A stretch of 64,000 nucleotides of DNA from assembly GCA_013239625.1 (NCBI GenBank), contig MU054037.1:498001-562000 (forward strand), written 5' to 3'. The DNA comes from Lama guanicoe. Taxonomy: Eukaryota. Position numbers and translations under genes: made by a program. Below the pieces are notes generated by a model, which was not told the origin of the DNA, did not search any database, and saw only the letters and a program-made list of their open reading frames with translations. The first letter of the stretch is position 1; every line of letters begins with the position of its first letter. This document shows positions 51,011 through 64,000 of this stretch, piece by piece.

Positions 51011-51589
51011 ATGATTTTGAATGGTATATACCTAAAGGTACTGCCAAAAGGGAATGAAATCCATGAGGTGATTGTTGAAATTGCCAAAGTAGGCATTTCC
51101 TGTCCATATTGTGATGTAGGTACCCTTTATAGTAATTATTCTTTTTGAATTCTAATGGCAATGAAACTGCTTTCAATTTAAAACAAACAAACAAGCACAT
51201 TTACAGAGTGACAATAGTAAAATTTTCCTAAAAGCACACATTGATTTGAAGTCAAGGAAATAACTTAAGTTTGAGGAAATTTCACAGTTTCTGTTACATT
51301 TTCTCGATGATTGAATGAATAGCTGTTCTGCTCCTAGCTATTTGTAGAGCAATTGCTCTCTAAATCTCTGAAGTCTGACCTCCCTGAGACAGCTAGTTGC
51401 CAGAGCACTGCCCCTGGAAGCTCTTCTTCCTGTGTGTTGGGCGTTGGATTTGAAGAGATTGTGTCAGCACCTCAGCTCATTCACTTGTTAACGCACAGCC
51501 TTGGGCAAACTTTTGAAATCTCTCTGAGCTTTAATTTTTCATTTCTTGAAAATGTGAGTAATAAGTATTTTGCACAGGTTACTTGAGTA

Positions 51590-52200
51590 TATCATATGTT
51601 CAACAAGTTACTGAATACCTACTTTCAGTGACAAATATGTTAGATGCTGGGGATTTTCAAAGGTGAATGAACGAAGATCTTAACATTATGGAATTTAAGT
51701 CTAGAGGGTAGGCATGTGTTTATGAAACAATCATGTAAATAAATGTATGATTACAATCCATGTAACAGGAGCACAACAGAAAGGGACCACATAGCTTGGA
51801 GGACTAGGGGTAGGAGTCATCAACAAAGTGTTCTCTGAGGAAGTGAAGTTGAAGCTGAGATCTCAAGGCTAATTAGGCATTAACCAGATAAAATACAGGT
51901 AGATGTTTGTTCTAGGCTCCTTCATTCTGGAAGGAAATTTCTTGTTGGAGTCTGAAAGAGAACGGGTCTGGTTGTAGCATAGAAAGTGAAAAATAAAGAC
52001 ATGGTGTGAGATGAGATGGGAGAGGTAAACAAGGGGCCAGAACATACAGGTCTTATAAGGATTTTTAAGAATATTGGTCTTTAGCACACGAGCAATGCAA
52101 TGCTACTTAACGTTTGCCTTCTGAAAAGATCGCCCTGGTTGCTTCATGGAGAGTGAATTGTAAGACAGCAGGAGGATTCAAATATTGGACAAGTTGAAAG
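51590..52200 (-). mobile_element. L2 LINE remnant
   Basis: ttcaacaagttactgaatacctact...ctctgaggaagtgaagttgaagctgagatct. Confidence 0.55.
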
Positions 52201-53014
52201 AGTGTTAGTTCTGTATCATTTAGTAAACTGAATAAGCTGTCATGACAGAAAGACCCCATAATAGAATGGCTTACAGAAGGCAGGAGCTTATTTCTATTTC
52301 CCATAATGACAGAGAGGTAAGTGCTGGTGGGCTGCCTCTCCTCTGTGAGGTCATTCAGAGAGCCAGTATTTCCTGAGTCTTGTAGCTTACATTCTTTGCT
52401 CCTCAGCTATTGTTCTCATCGTATAGTCATAGCGGAGTCATCTCCATGCTGTCATTTCAACACAGATGTTGAAAGAGAAATGAAGGGCATGAACTACGAT
52501 TTATGCAAGTGTAGGATTTGCACACATGACTTCTGTTAACGTCAGTTCATGGAAATTTAGTCACACTGCCACAGGAGGAAGCTGGGAAGTGTCTGTGACT
52601 ACGTTCTTCTGTATTATTAAAACTTAAAGGTCCCTGGTGCTAAAAAGATGTGGAGAATGGATAATGAGGGATGGTTATAGTCTGCATGGGGGCAAGAGGA
52701 AGAAAATTCCCTCAAACAGGAGGAGAAATGCATCATTTACTGTAATTACAGGAAGGAAGGAGAAATTGGTGCAGTTACAGGTTTGGCAGAAGAACCTAAT
52801 AATATGAATAAAATTCATATTATAGCTGCTGTCACATAGCAGGAGCTGAATAAAGGCTAAGTATTGATGGTAATACTAATCATAGCAATATTATTAATAC
52901 TATAATGAAAATGACCATTTGAATAATGTGATTTCTTATTAAATTATTGATTCTAGAGATTGAAATCTTTTCTAATGGGTGAATGAGTATTAAAATGTGT
53001 CTTCAGAAGATTAA

Positions 53015-53401
<387 letters not shown>

Positions 53402-54697
53402 TAATTAGAGAAATCTGTGAAAACATCGTAAGTCCAGCATTTTCTAAAAAAGGTCATTAATCCATATTTAAAATGATGAAGGTGACATTATCATTAAACA
53501 TTAAATGCAATGAAATCAAACCATTTAACCACTAATGTTCTACGAATTTGTGACTAAGCTATGTTCATTTAAAATTATGGCCAGTTAAGATAATGAGAAA
53601 GAGACAGAGATAAAGAGAAAGGAGGAAAATGAGTAGATTATTCCTATTCATCAAACATTTTGCTTTCTGGCCATATTCATGGTTGTTAAGAAACTATTTT
53701 AGGAAGCTTCCATACTATGCATGGAACCAACGAAGGTGTGGAATATTTCCAACCTTGCCTTCAGTTTTTTTGTTCTTCTAACAAAAAGCATAAGAAATAT
53801 TTGTAATCAGTAGACTGCTAAACATAAAGCACAAAGATGCTCCGAAAAGAGGATCATGGAGAAACATAGTAAGTATCGATTGGAATATCAGTTGGAGTTG
53901 ATATTAAAAATGCTTTTAAAGTTAAGTATTAAATTGTTTTTGTAGCTGAAACTGTCCAGTCCTCTGATGGGACACTGGGTTTCTGCAAAAAGAGATAAGG
54001 CTTCCATAAGGTAATTTCCTCCTCTACATTGTTGTTTAAGATCTTTTTGGACAAGTATCCTATGAGTGTTGTTGTCTCCCCTGATCTTACTTGACTCTGG
54101 AAATCTGATAGTGAACTTCCCTGGTGTTAAGACCACATATGATGAAAGAGATTTAACAGATAGAGGGGGCATGTTAAAATGAGAAGAGCTGTGGCTGTGT
54201 CCCTTATTTGAGGAATACATTTTCATGAGCTTCCTTCTAATGCACTAATGCTGTTCCTCCTTCTCTTAAGAATGGACTCCTTTTGTTGTTTCTTCTCCAA
54301 TTCACTTAAAATGCACAAGTCAGCCCTAAAACCTTAACCTGTAACTTGGACTCCATGGTTTATTAGCTGAGTCATCCTAGAGAAAGCATTTTGCTTCCAT
54401 CATCTTCAGCCTCCTTGTCAGTAAATTGGAGACAGGTCCTCAGAGTTGTTCTGAGGTTTGAAGGAGCTAATGGATGAGGAGTTTCGTAATTTGTAAAACC
54501 AAGAGTCTTGACAGTAAAATACTAGGCGGGTTTAAGAGAGGAGGCAGGTGAAGTAGGGCTCAGTAGAAATTCCTTGAGACTGGCACAATTCTATTTCTAT
54601 TCCTGCTTAAGTGTCATTATCACTTCCTGGGATAAAACCTCTTAGCTAGAATCCATGACAATGAAGGTTGTTCTTTCCTACTTTTATTTCCTCATAG

Positions 54698-54847
54698 GAA
54701 TTGCTTTCAGCAGTGGAGAAATATGGAAGCAAACCCGGCGTTTCTCCCTCATGGTTTTGCGGAATATGGGGATGGGGAAGAAGACTATTGAAGACAGAAT
54801 TCAAGAAGAAGCCTTGTGTTTGGTAGAATCGTTAAAAAAAACCAATG
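54698..54847 (+). CDS. CYP2C21-like exon 3
   Basis: atag|GA...AATG|gtgggt; 150 bp; [50 protein letters not shown]; WxxxR motif intact. Confidence 0.97.
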
Positions 54848-56619
54848 GTGGGTATTTCTTTATGGAATTAACAGCGATAGTTTGGGTAGACTGAACGCTG
54901 TTGCAGATACACTGGAGAGGGATAATGGCTCCAGTACAGCAGAAGTTTACTTTCTGCTCACAGAACAGTAAGAAGAGGTGAAGTGGTTGGCGTAACAATC
55001 TTATCAGGCACCAAGTTTATAGGGTCTTTGGTATCTTCAATGTACAGCTTCCAGTGGCACCCACAGCTCATCTCTTTGAATGGTAGTGGGTGGAGGAAAG
55101 AACCAGGACAAGAGCAAATAGTACTTGAGTAGGCCAGGCATGGCTGTGGCACACAACTTCTTTCATATTCCATGGGCTGTAACTCAGTCACAGGCCCACT
55201 CTTAACTGGAAGAACAGCTGAGAAATGCGGTTGTTGGTGTGCACAGGGTAAAGAAGAGAACATGGATTTTGGTAATCTGCTAGTAGTTTTGGTGACAGTA
55301 AGTTGAAAAAACTGCCTTCTCTAGTAACTTCTTGAGAAACGTTGAAAATATTTTGCAACATGTATATGTCAAGGCGTTATGCTGTGCGCCTGAAACTTAT
55401 ACAGGGCTGTCTGTGATACCTTAATAAAACAAAGAAACAAAAAGTGATGGTTCACTGGTAGAATTCGTGCCAAATCCTTCTCGGCGTACAAGACTGTATT
55501 ACAGCTCACCCGACGGTGTGAAGGGAGGGAGCTACAGTAGCACAAATCTGCTCAGTGTGTATATGTGTGGGTACACGTGCAGACCTGGGAGAGGGTAGAA
55601 GAGAAAGGGGTGGGTAGGAGATTTGGCAGGGAAGGAGCAAGAACAGGATCATAAGACCTTTGTGGTTTTTAACCTCAACATTTAAATATCTTTCAAGCAC
55701 ATAATTAGCTTACTAACACTATATTAAATGGTGAATTAAATGAAGTGCTGAATTGCCCTTGCTTTTTTTTAACCAGTATTACATGGTTGTCCACATAGGT
55801 TGCTCCCTTTGCTTTCTTGTTGCTATTAATATAAAAATTCAATTTTTACAAATATTTGTATGATTCTGGATTCTTCCACAGAATAAGTCTCTGGAAATTG
55901 CAGCAGAGCATCACTGAACATCATTTAGACTTTTGGTACCTATGTCCTAGGAATGGGTTGGAGACCTGGCAGAAGTGATAACACAAGGCTTATATTACAT
56001 AGAATGTTTTCTAACCTTATGTTTAAATTTAATATATTAAATAAATTTTTTCACATGTTTAATTTTTAAATGTTTCTCAAGAAAATTATTAACAGATTAG
56101 TACAGTATTCCTTTATTTTGAATATATCATAATTTATTTAAGCATCTTTTACTTTTGGCTAGATAGACTGTTTTCAATTCCTTGTTGCTAATAATATTTT
56201 AAAAAATGCAATCCGTATCAATGATTGAATATCTCTGACTACTTTCTTAGAATAAAATATTGGAAATGGAATTAGTAAATCAGTGAATATTGGGTTTTGA
56301 TACATGTTACCTGGGAAATGACTTTGTCCACTTAATTTGTATTTCTAGCAGAACTTATCATTAACTGGCTCGACTTTTCTTACAGTGAATATGGCCTTCC
56401 TCAGCCTCCTGAGTTATGACCACCCAGGCTCTGCTCCATCCCACCTAACTGTGGAGACCTCATACGCTTGGGGTAGCCCATTTTGTCACCGGATAACTAA
56501 CTGTTGAAAGTTTATTTCACATGTTGTGCAGAAACGTTTTTCCTTGTAACTTCTGCTTTTTGATCCCTGCTAAATTCTTTCCTTTTGGAGTATTACACTG
56601 TGGTCACCTCACAGAGGCA

Positions 56620-57008
56620 GGATGGACCTCTCAACCCCAATTTGGTTTAGACATTGGTATTAGTGGTGCCACACACATCTCGATAGAATATGAACAGGTT
56701 TATTATTTACATATGGGGCTTTCTGTGGAGGGCAGGTGGTTACTGAGCAGATCCGAAAATGGCTTGAGAGAGCAGGGAAAGTACACTGGCTTGAGGTTTT
56801 TATGGTGGTAAGGGCATGGAGTAAGGATGAGGGTTCCCAGGAATAGGTCAGGGCTTTGTGGTTTAAACTTCCTCCTTGCGCCAAAGAAGGGATCACCTGA
56901 ACTTCTAAAAAATAGCTTGTGCAGATGTGAACAGCAGAAGAAAAGATGAGTATTAAAAGCTGTCAGTAATCAAAGAGCAAAAAATGGAGTCATGTTCTTT
57001 ATTATACA
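56620..57008 (-). mobile_element. LTR remnant (MER21-like)
   Basis: gaacaggtttattatttacatatgggg...caaaaaatggagtcatgttctttattataCA. Confidence 0.5.
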
Positions 57009-57529
57009 TGGAAGCCTCTTCCCAATAGTATAACATATTTTTTGAACAATCTGAATGTCACGTCAATCTCTCTCATTGTTCTTCTCTTCTACAAGAAAAG
57101 CACAGCCAACTTTTTTCAGTTGCCTTTTGCAAAATAGGATTTCAAATGTCCTCTGTCTCCTGATTTTCTTACTATGTTGCTCAGTTTCCTGTGGGCATCA
57201 TGAAAAAGTATCCACACTGAGAGCCAAATGTTATGACTTAAAAGAGATTTTAAAATTATCTCCTTGTGAATTGCCTTGTGGCTCTTATTTGGAGAGTGAA
57301 GTCAATAGGAGAATACCTGGGGGGAAATTAATAAGTAAATTAGACTTCATTAGACACTTTTACTTAGGGAAACACATAAATTTTATTTCAGGCATATTGA
57401 GTTTATAGTGATGATGGTGTGTCCCCTAAAATTAAAAAAATCTTAGAAGTCAACCCTTCTTAATTACTTTAAACAGTACACTTAAGATTTATATGATAAT
57501 TGCGCTCTAACATTTAAATTGTTTTTTAG

Positions 57530-57690
57530 CATCTCCGTGTGATCCAACTTTCCTTCTGAGCTGTGCTCCCTGCAATGTGATCTGCTCTATTATCTTTCGG
57601 AACCGTTTTGAGTACAGTGATGAGGAATTTCTAACTATGATAAAATATGTCAATGAAAATGCAAGACTTGCAAGCACCTCCTGGATAGAG
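57530..57690 (+). CDS. CYP2C21-like exon 4
   Basis: ttag|CA...ATAGAG|gtaagg; 161 bp; [54 protein letters not shown]. Confidence 0.97.
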
Positions 57691-58459
57691 GTAAGGTCAA
57701 GATTCTCTTTCAGTGAGAAATAATTACCTAGGAGATTGATTGCTCATCCAACCACATCCCTTTGTGGTATTTCAGAATGACTAAGGTTTATCAAGCTATC
57801 ATTTATAACAAATCAGAGAGTTATAAAATTTCTTTAATGGGTTGAAATTAATTTTATAGCATAAAATACAGTAATAGAAAGAAAAATATAATATAGTGCA
57901 ACAATTAAGGAAGTTTTTTTTTTTTGAGAAACCTTTTTTCCCCCTGATATTTATGTGTATACATGGAAAGGGTATTTATGTAAAATGTATTTTTTACTAT
58001 AGTGCACTGTCAGAAAAAGTCAACAACCTGTGTTGTACAATAATTAACAACCTAAATTTTGTGTGGATCCTAAGATTATGATGTTTTCTACCTTAAAAGG
58101 ACCCTAGAGAACAAATAATCTACTAATTTTTTAGACCAGAAAACTCACATAGACATACAAAGCATATTTTCCAAAGTAGCTTAGCCAGGGAAAGGGATGA
58201 GGTAAGCCTAGAAACTACATTTCTTAATCCTCTATTAGTTGATACAAGCTCCCAGCCAAATAAATTTCTTCAGTGCCTATGAAGGATATTAAGTCATGAG
58301 CTACTGTTTAAAAAGGAGCCAGTAAACTCTTGGGTGGGAATGGCCAGATAAATAAGGGCAGTGGGTACATTTCTGAGAGTGTAAAATATCTAACTAAAAA
58401 TTAGCAATGTAATTTAGGCATTTTCTTAATCTTTCTAATACAGTTTTTTTTTTCATTAT

Positions 58460-61400
58460 AAATGAAGTGTATGATATAAACAGACATAAAAGGAGTTACT
58501 GGCAGTAATAGAATAATAATAGTGGATTTTAACACACCACTTACATTAATGGGTCGATTACCCAAAGATAAAATCAACAAGGAAACATTCATGGTAAGCA
58601 ACACATTAGATCAGATGGACTTATTCATAGATTTATACAGAACATTCCCTCCAAATGCAGCAGATTGTTTTCAAGTGTACATAAAACATTCTCCAGGATA
58701 GATCATGCTATGTTACAATTCAAGAAATTAAAATCATAATAAGCATATTTTCTGACCACAATGGTATGAAACTGGACATCAGTTATAAGAAGATGACTAG
58801 AAAAACACACAAACCCATGGGGGCTGAATAAGATGTTACTAAACAATAATGGGTCAATAAAGAAATCAGAGTGGAAATCCAAATCTTAAGAGAAATGAAA
58901 ATGGAAACAAAGTACTCCAAAATCAATGGGATGCCCCAAAGCAGTTCTAAGAGGGAGGTTAAGAGCAAAATAGGCCTACCTCAGGAAACTTGAAAAATCT
59001 CAAGTAAACAATCTAACTTTACACATAAAATCATAAGAAAAAGAAGAACAAACAGAGCCCAAAGTTAGTAGAAGGAAGGAAATAATTAAGATCAGAGAGG
59101 AAATAAATGAAACAGAGACCAGAGTCTACAAAGAGAATACAAAAGATCAACGAAACGAAGAGCTGGTTCTCTGAAAAGATAAACAAAATTGATAAACTTT
59201 AGCCAGAATCATCAAAAAAGAAAAAAGAAAGTCTAAATAGAAAAAAATCAGAAATGAAAGGGAAAATATTACAACTGATGTCATAGAAATTCAAAGGATC
59301 ATGGGAGACCCCTATGAACAATTAGACAGCAACAAATTTGACACCTAAAGAAAGTGGATAAATTCATAGAAACACACAACATACCAAGACTGAATGAGGA
59401 AGAAATAGAAAATCTTAACAGACTGATCACTAGTAATGAAATTGAATCAGAACTCAAAACACATCCAACAAGCAAAAGTCCAGGACCAGATGGCCTCCCA
59501 AGTTAATTCTATTGAACATTTACAGAAGAGTTAATAGATATCTTTCTCAAACTCTTGCAAAAAATTGGAGAGAAAGGCACACTTTGAAACTTACTCTATG
59601 ATGTCAGCATTACCCTGATACTAAAGCCAGATCAAGACACTCTGAAAAAGAGCTAAAAATGGGCCAATATCCTTGATGAACATAGGTGCCAAAATCATCA
59701 GCAAAATATTAGCCAACAGAATTCAGGTAGACATTAAAAAAACATATGCCACGATCAAATCAAAGTTATTCTGGGGATGCAAGGATGATTCAGTATCTGC
59801 AAATCAAGCAATGTGATTCATTGCATTAACAACATGAAGAATAAAAATCATATGATCTTCTGAAATAACACAGGAAAGCTTTTGATGAAATTCAGTGCCC
59901 ATTTATATGATAAAAACTCCACATAATGGGTATAGAGAGAATATACCTGAACATGATAAAGACCACATATGACAAATGTACAGCTAACACCATACTCACC
60001 GGTGAAAACGTGAAAGCATTTCCGCTAAGATCAAGAGCAGCTCAGGGATGCCCACTCTCACCACTTTTATTCAACATAGTATTTGAAGCCCTAGCCACAG
60101 CAATCAGAGAATCAAAAGGAAAAAAAGGAATCCCAATTGGAAGAGAAAACGAAAACTGCCACTGTTTGCAGATGACATGATAGTATACATAGAAAATCCT
60201 AAAGACACGACCAAAAAACTATTCAGAATTTGGTAAAGTTGCAGGATAAAAAATTAATATACAGAAATCTGTGGCAACTCTATACACTAACAATGAGCTA
60301 TAAGAAAGAGAAATTAGGAAAACAATCTCATTTATAATTACATCAGAAAGAGTAAAATACCCAGGAATTAATCTAACTAAGGAGGTAAAACCCTGTACTG
60401 GATAAAACTATGACACTGATGAAAGAAATTGAAGACAACACAAACAAATGGAAAGATAGACCGCATTCAAGGATTGGAAGATTCATATTGTTAAAATGAG
60501 CACAGTACCCAGGCAATGTACAGATTCAGTGCAATCCCTATGAAAATACTAATGGCATTTTCACAGAACTAGAACAAATACTTTTGTATGAAAACACAGA
60601 AGACCCAAATAGCCAAGAAAGAACAAAACTGGAGGTATCAGCTCCTTGATTTCAAACTGCACTACAGAGCTACAGTAATCAAGACAGTATGGTCCTGGCA
60701 CAAAACCAGACATATACATCAGTGGAACAGAATACAGAGCCCTGAAATGAACCCGCACTTATCAACACTTAATCTATGGCAACGTAAGCTAGAATATAAA
60801 ATGCAGAAAAGATAGCTTCACCCATAAATGGTGTTGGGAAAACTGAATAGCTACATACAAAAGAATCTAACTGGATAGCTTTCTTATTACCATATATGAA
60901 AATAAACTAAACATGAATTAAAGACTTAAATGTAAGAGCCGAAACTATAACAATACTAAAAGAAAACATAGGCAGCATGTTTTTGATATTAATCTTTTTG
61001 ATATTTTCTGGGATATGTCTTCTTAGGCAAGGGAAACAAAAGCCAAAATAAAGAAATGTGACCTAAGCAGATGTAAAAGCTGTTGCACAGTGAAGGAAAC
61101 TATCACAAAACAAAAAGGTTGCCTACTGAATGGGAGAAGATACTTGTAGCTGATCTATCTGACAAGGGGTTAATATAAAAACTACACAAAGATCAGAAAA
61201 GAAAGCTAATTAAAAAATGGGCAGAGGACTCCAATAGACATTTTTACAAAGAAGATATGCAGATGGCAAACACACATGTAAAGATGCTCCAAACACGAAT
61301 CACTAGAAAAATGCAAATCAAAACCACAATAAGATGTCACCTCACACTGGTCAGAATGGCTATTATAAAAAAGACAAGAAATAACAATTGCTGGGGAGGA

Positions 61401-62140
61401 AGTGGAGTTAAGGAAACTCTCGTGCACTGTTGTTAAGAATGTCAATTGCTGCAGCTACTGTGTAAAACATTTTGGAGTTTCTTAAAAAGTTAAAAATAAA
61501 ACTCCCTGGATATTTATCTGAAGAAAACAAAAATGGTAATTTGAAAAGTTATATGCACCCTGTGCTCACTGTGGCATTATTTACAATAGCCAAGGTATGG
61601 AAGCAACTTAAGTGTCCATTGATGGGTGAATGGAAAAAGAAGACGTGGGGTTTGTGTATGTGTGTGTGTGTGTATGTGTATATACTCATAGAATGGAATT
61701 TATTCAGCCACATAACAGAATGAAATTGTACTATTTGTAACAAAGTGGATGGATCTAAAAGATATGCTCTGGGAAAAATGAAAACACCATATGATTTAAT
61801 TTATATTTGGAATATACAAACTAACACAAAACAAAGCAGATACAAACTCATAGATACAGACAGGAAACTGGTGGTCATCATAGGGGAGGAGGTGGGGGAA
61901 TGGATGAAATAGGTGAAGGGGATTAAGAAGCACAAACTTCCACTTATAAAATAAATAAGTCACAGTTACGTAATGTATAGCATAAGGAACAGAGGCAGTA
62001 ACATTTCAACAACTTTATGATGACAGATTGTTGCTGGTCTTATCATGGTGATCAATTTGTAATGTATGTAAATGTTGAATCGCTAATTTTTACATCTCAA
62101 ACTAATAAAATATCACATGCCAGCTATGCTTTCATAAAAA
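58460..62140 (+). mobile_element. ~3.7-kb degraded L1 (ORF2 plus 3' UTR), sense orientation in CYP2C intron 4
   Basis: [50 protein letters not shown]; many disruptions. Confidence 0.93.
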
Positions 62141-62525
62141 GTAATATAGAAAAAATGGTATGAGCCTTGCACATTGTTTAGACTGATTGACTTTTTGAAC
62201 CTCAGTACCCTCCTTTGGAAAGGTGGGGTATGCTGCAGAATTTCTTCAGAGAGTTATGGGTAGGAAATGAATGTAAAGTTCATTTTGGATTTTTGCATGG
62301 TAACTTGTGCATTTTGAAATACTTTTTTCAAATGGGTTGGTAACTGTGCATATAACTCTGGCCATTTTATCAGTTCCCTCTCCTTCAGATCCCAAGTGTG
62401 TTCCAGTGCAAGAAGCATGTCTTACTCATCTTTATCTATTCATTTTATACCAATGTGTCTGATACATACTATGGGCCTGTAAAAGTTTGCTAAATGAATT
62501 AATGAATGATTCTTTCCTTTTTCAG

Positions 62526-62702
62526 CTCTACAATGCTTTCCCCTCTTTAATACATTATCTCCCAGGAAGTCATAACACAATATTTAGAAACATGATTGAG
62601 CAAAGAAAGTTCATTTTCGAGAACATAAAGAAACACCAAAAATCCCTTGACCTCAGTAACCCTCAAGACTTTATTGATTACTTCCTGATTAAAATGGAAA
62701 AG
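62526..62702 (+). CDS. CYP2C21-like exon 5
   Basis: tcag|CTC...GAAAAG|gtataa; 177 bp; [59 protein letters not shown]. Confidence 0.97.
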
Positions 62703-63672
62703 GTATAACGTGACCCTGATTTGCTACTTCATCTTTGTGGGCGATGGGATGTGGCTCATGGAATAGCTTGGTTCTTCTCAGTGAAACGGGTATATTAGAA
62801 CAAATGCTCCTTCTTAAAGATATACTAATTGCTTGTGCAACCTCTTGTTTGTGGAAACCATAGTGGATGTCCTGAGATATTTCTAAATTCTCACTGAGAA
62901 TGACCTGGAAGATTTTATATTTACCATATCAAAGCTGATTCTTTATTTGGGGATAGATGGAAACACACACACGAATTCAAGATTAATGATAGAAAGCATG
63001 TTCTCTTTCATAAAATAAATTCCATGAATGGAAAATGTAACAAATGAGAGAACGCAGGAATGGGTAGGAATCTAGAAAGGCTTACTCTTGGAAAGGACCT
63101 AGGAAACAAGTGAGGTAGGGTTTGAGGAAACCGTGGCTTAGATTAGCAGAGATGACCAAATGGGTTCAGGGAATGACAAGTGCAGTGATCAAGTGTGTGG
63201 AATTTCAAACAATTTATCTTGATCATAACTGAGGAACTGTCATGGGTGCAATGACTTTTGAATTTGGGAACAGTGATGTACTTTATAGGTGGGTAGTTCT
63301 GGAGCCTTGAGTGAGAAATTTAGATGTGATGAAACAGAAAATAGATGCCTGAACTGACCATGAGTAGCAGTGATGACTTGATAAGACTCAAGTTAGAAAT
63401 AAATTATTGAAGAATTGATTTGCTCTCGTGGGGGAGAAAGTGAAGACTCAGAAAGGAACTGTTGGAAGTTTGTAACTCTGATTATATTTTAACTGTTTAA
63501 AAGGAGTCCTAACAACTCATGTAACTTTACCTTCAGCCATAGCACTCTCTAATGTCTAGCTTAATTTGTCAAATAAGCAAATTCAGCAAGTAATGATGGT
63601 TATATTGAATTACTTTATGTTACTTCTAAGACTCTTTCATTTGTCAAGTAATCCCCAACACATCATTCCTAG

Positions 63673-63814
63673 GAAAAGCACAATAAGCAGTCTGAATTTA
63701 CCATGGACAGCTTGATCACTACCATTTGGGATGTATTTACTGCTGGAACAGAGACAACAAGCATGACTTTGAGATATGGACTCCTGCTCCTGCTGAAGCA
63801 CCCAGAGGTCACAG
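63673..63814 (+). CDS. CYP2C21-like exon 6 (I-helix); exons 7-9 lie beyond the window
   Basis: ctag|GAA...ACAG|gtacgg; 142 bp; [47 protein letters not shown]. Confidence 0.97.
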
Positions 63815-64000
63815 GTACGGTCACAGATGATGGACAGAATGCAATTTTGGGTAGAAATTGGCAGGCAGCACTGATGACGATTCTACTCTTCACCTGTCTA
63901 TAAAATGTACCTGAGAAACTTCCATTGTTAGTACATCCTCCTGCCATTGGATGAATTAAGTTCAAATCAGATGATGGTACAAAAGGAGAATGAAATATTT

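Noticed and set aside
55444..55470. Fragment resembling the 5' end of tRNA-Gly (gatggttcactggtagaattc)
   Set aside because: Too short, with no B box or 3' half; cannot be supported as a tRNA or SINE.
63669..63965. 98-aa minus-strand ORF
   Set aside because: Antisense shadow of CYP2C exon 6.

Overview
Mammalian genomic DNA, most likely a camelid: several copies of a tRNA-Ala-derived SINE resemble camelid vic-1. The window holds exons 2-7 and the 3' end of PDLIM1 (+, 4945-28160). A retroelement-dense intergenic block follows (~29.3-48 kb). It contains nested LTRs, a processed ferritin light chain (FTL) pseudogene with a decayed IRE, and a processed MCFD2 pseudogene. Exons 1-6 of an apparently intact CYP2C gene, most like dog CYP2C21, start at 49817 (+) and continue past the window end. 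The most unusual signal is at the 5' end of the MCFD2 retrocopy, which carries the antisense strand of TTC7A coding exon 1 joined through a ~100-bp unknown segment. It looks like a fossil of a spliced MCFD2 isoform that starts antisense inside TTC7A. Gene and repeat-family names come from recalled sequence, not database searches. Repeat boundaries are approximate unless a target-site duplication (TSD) is given.
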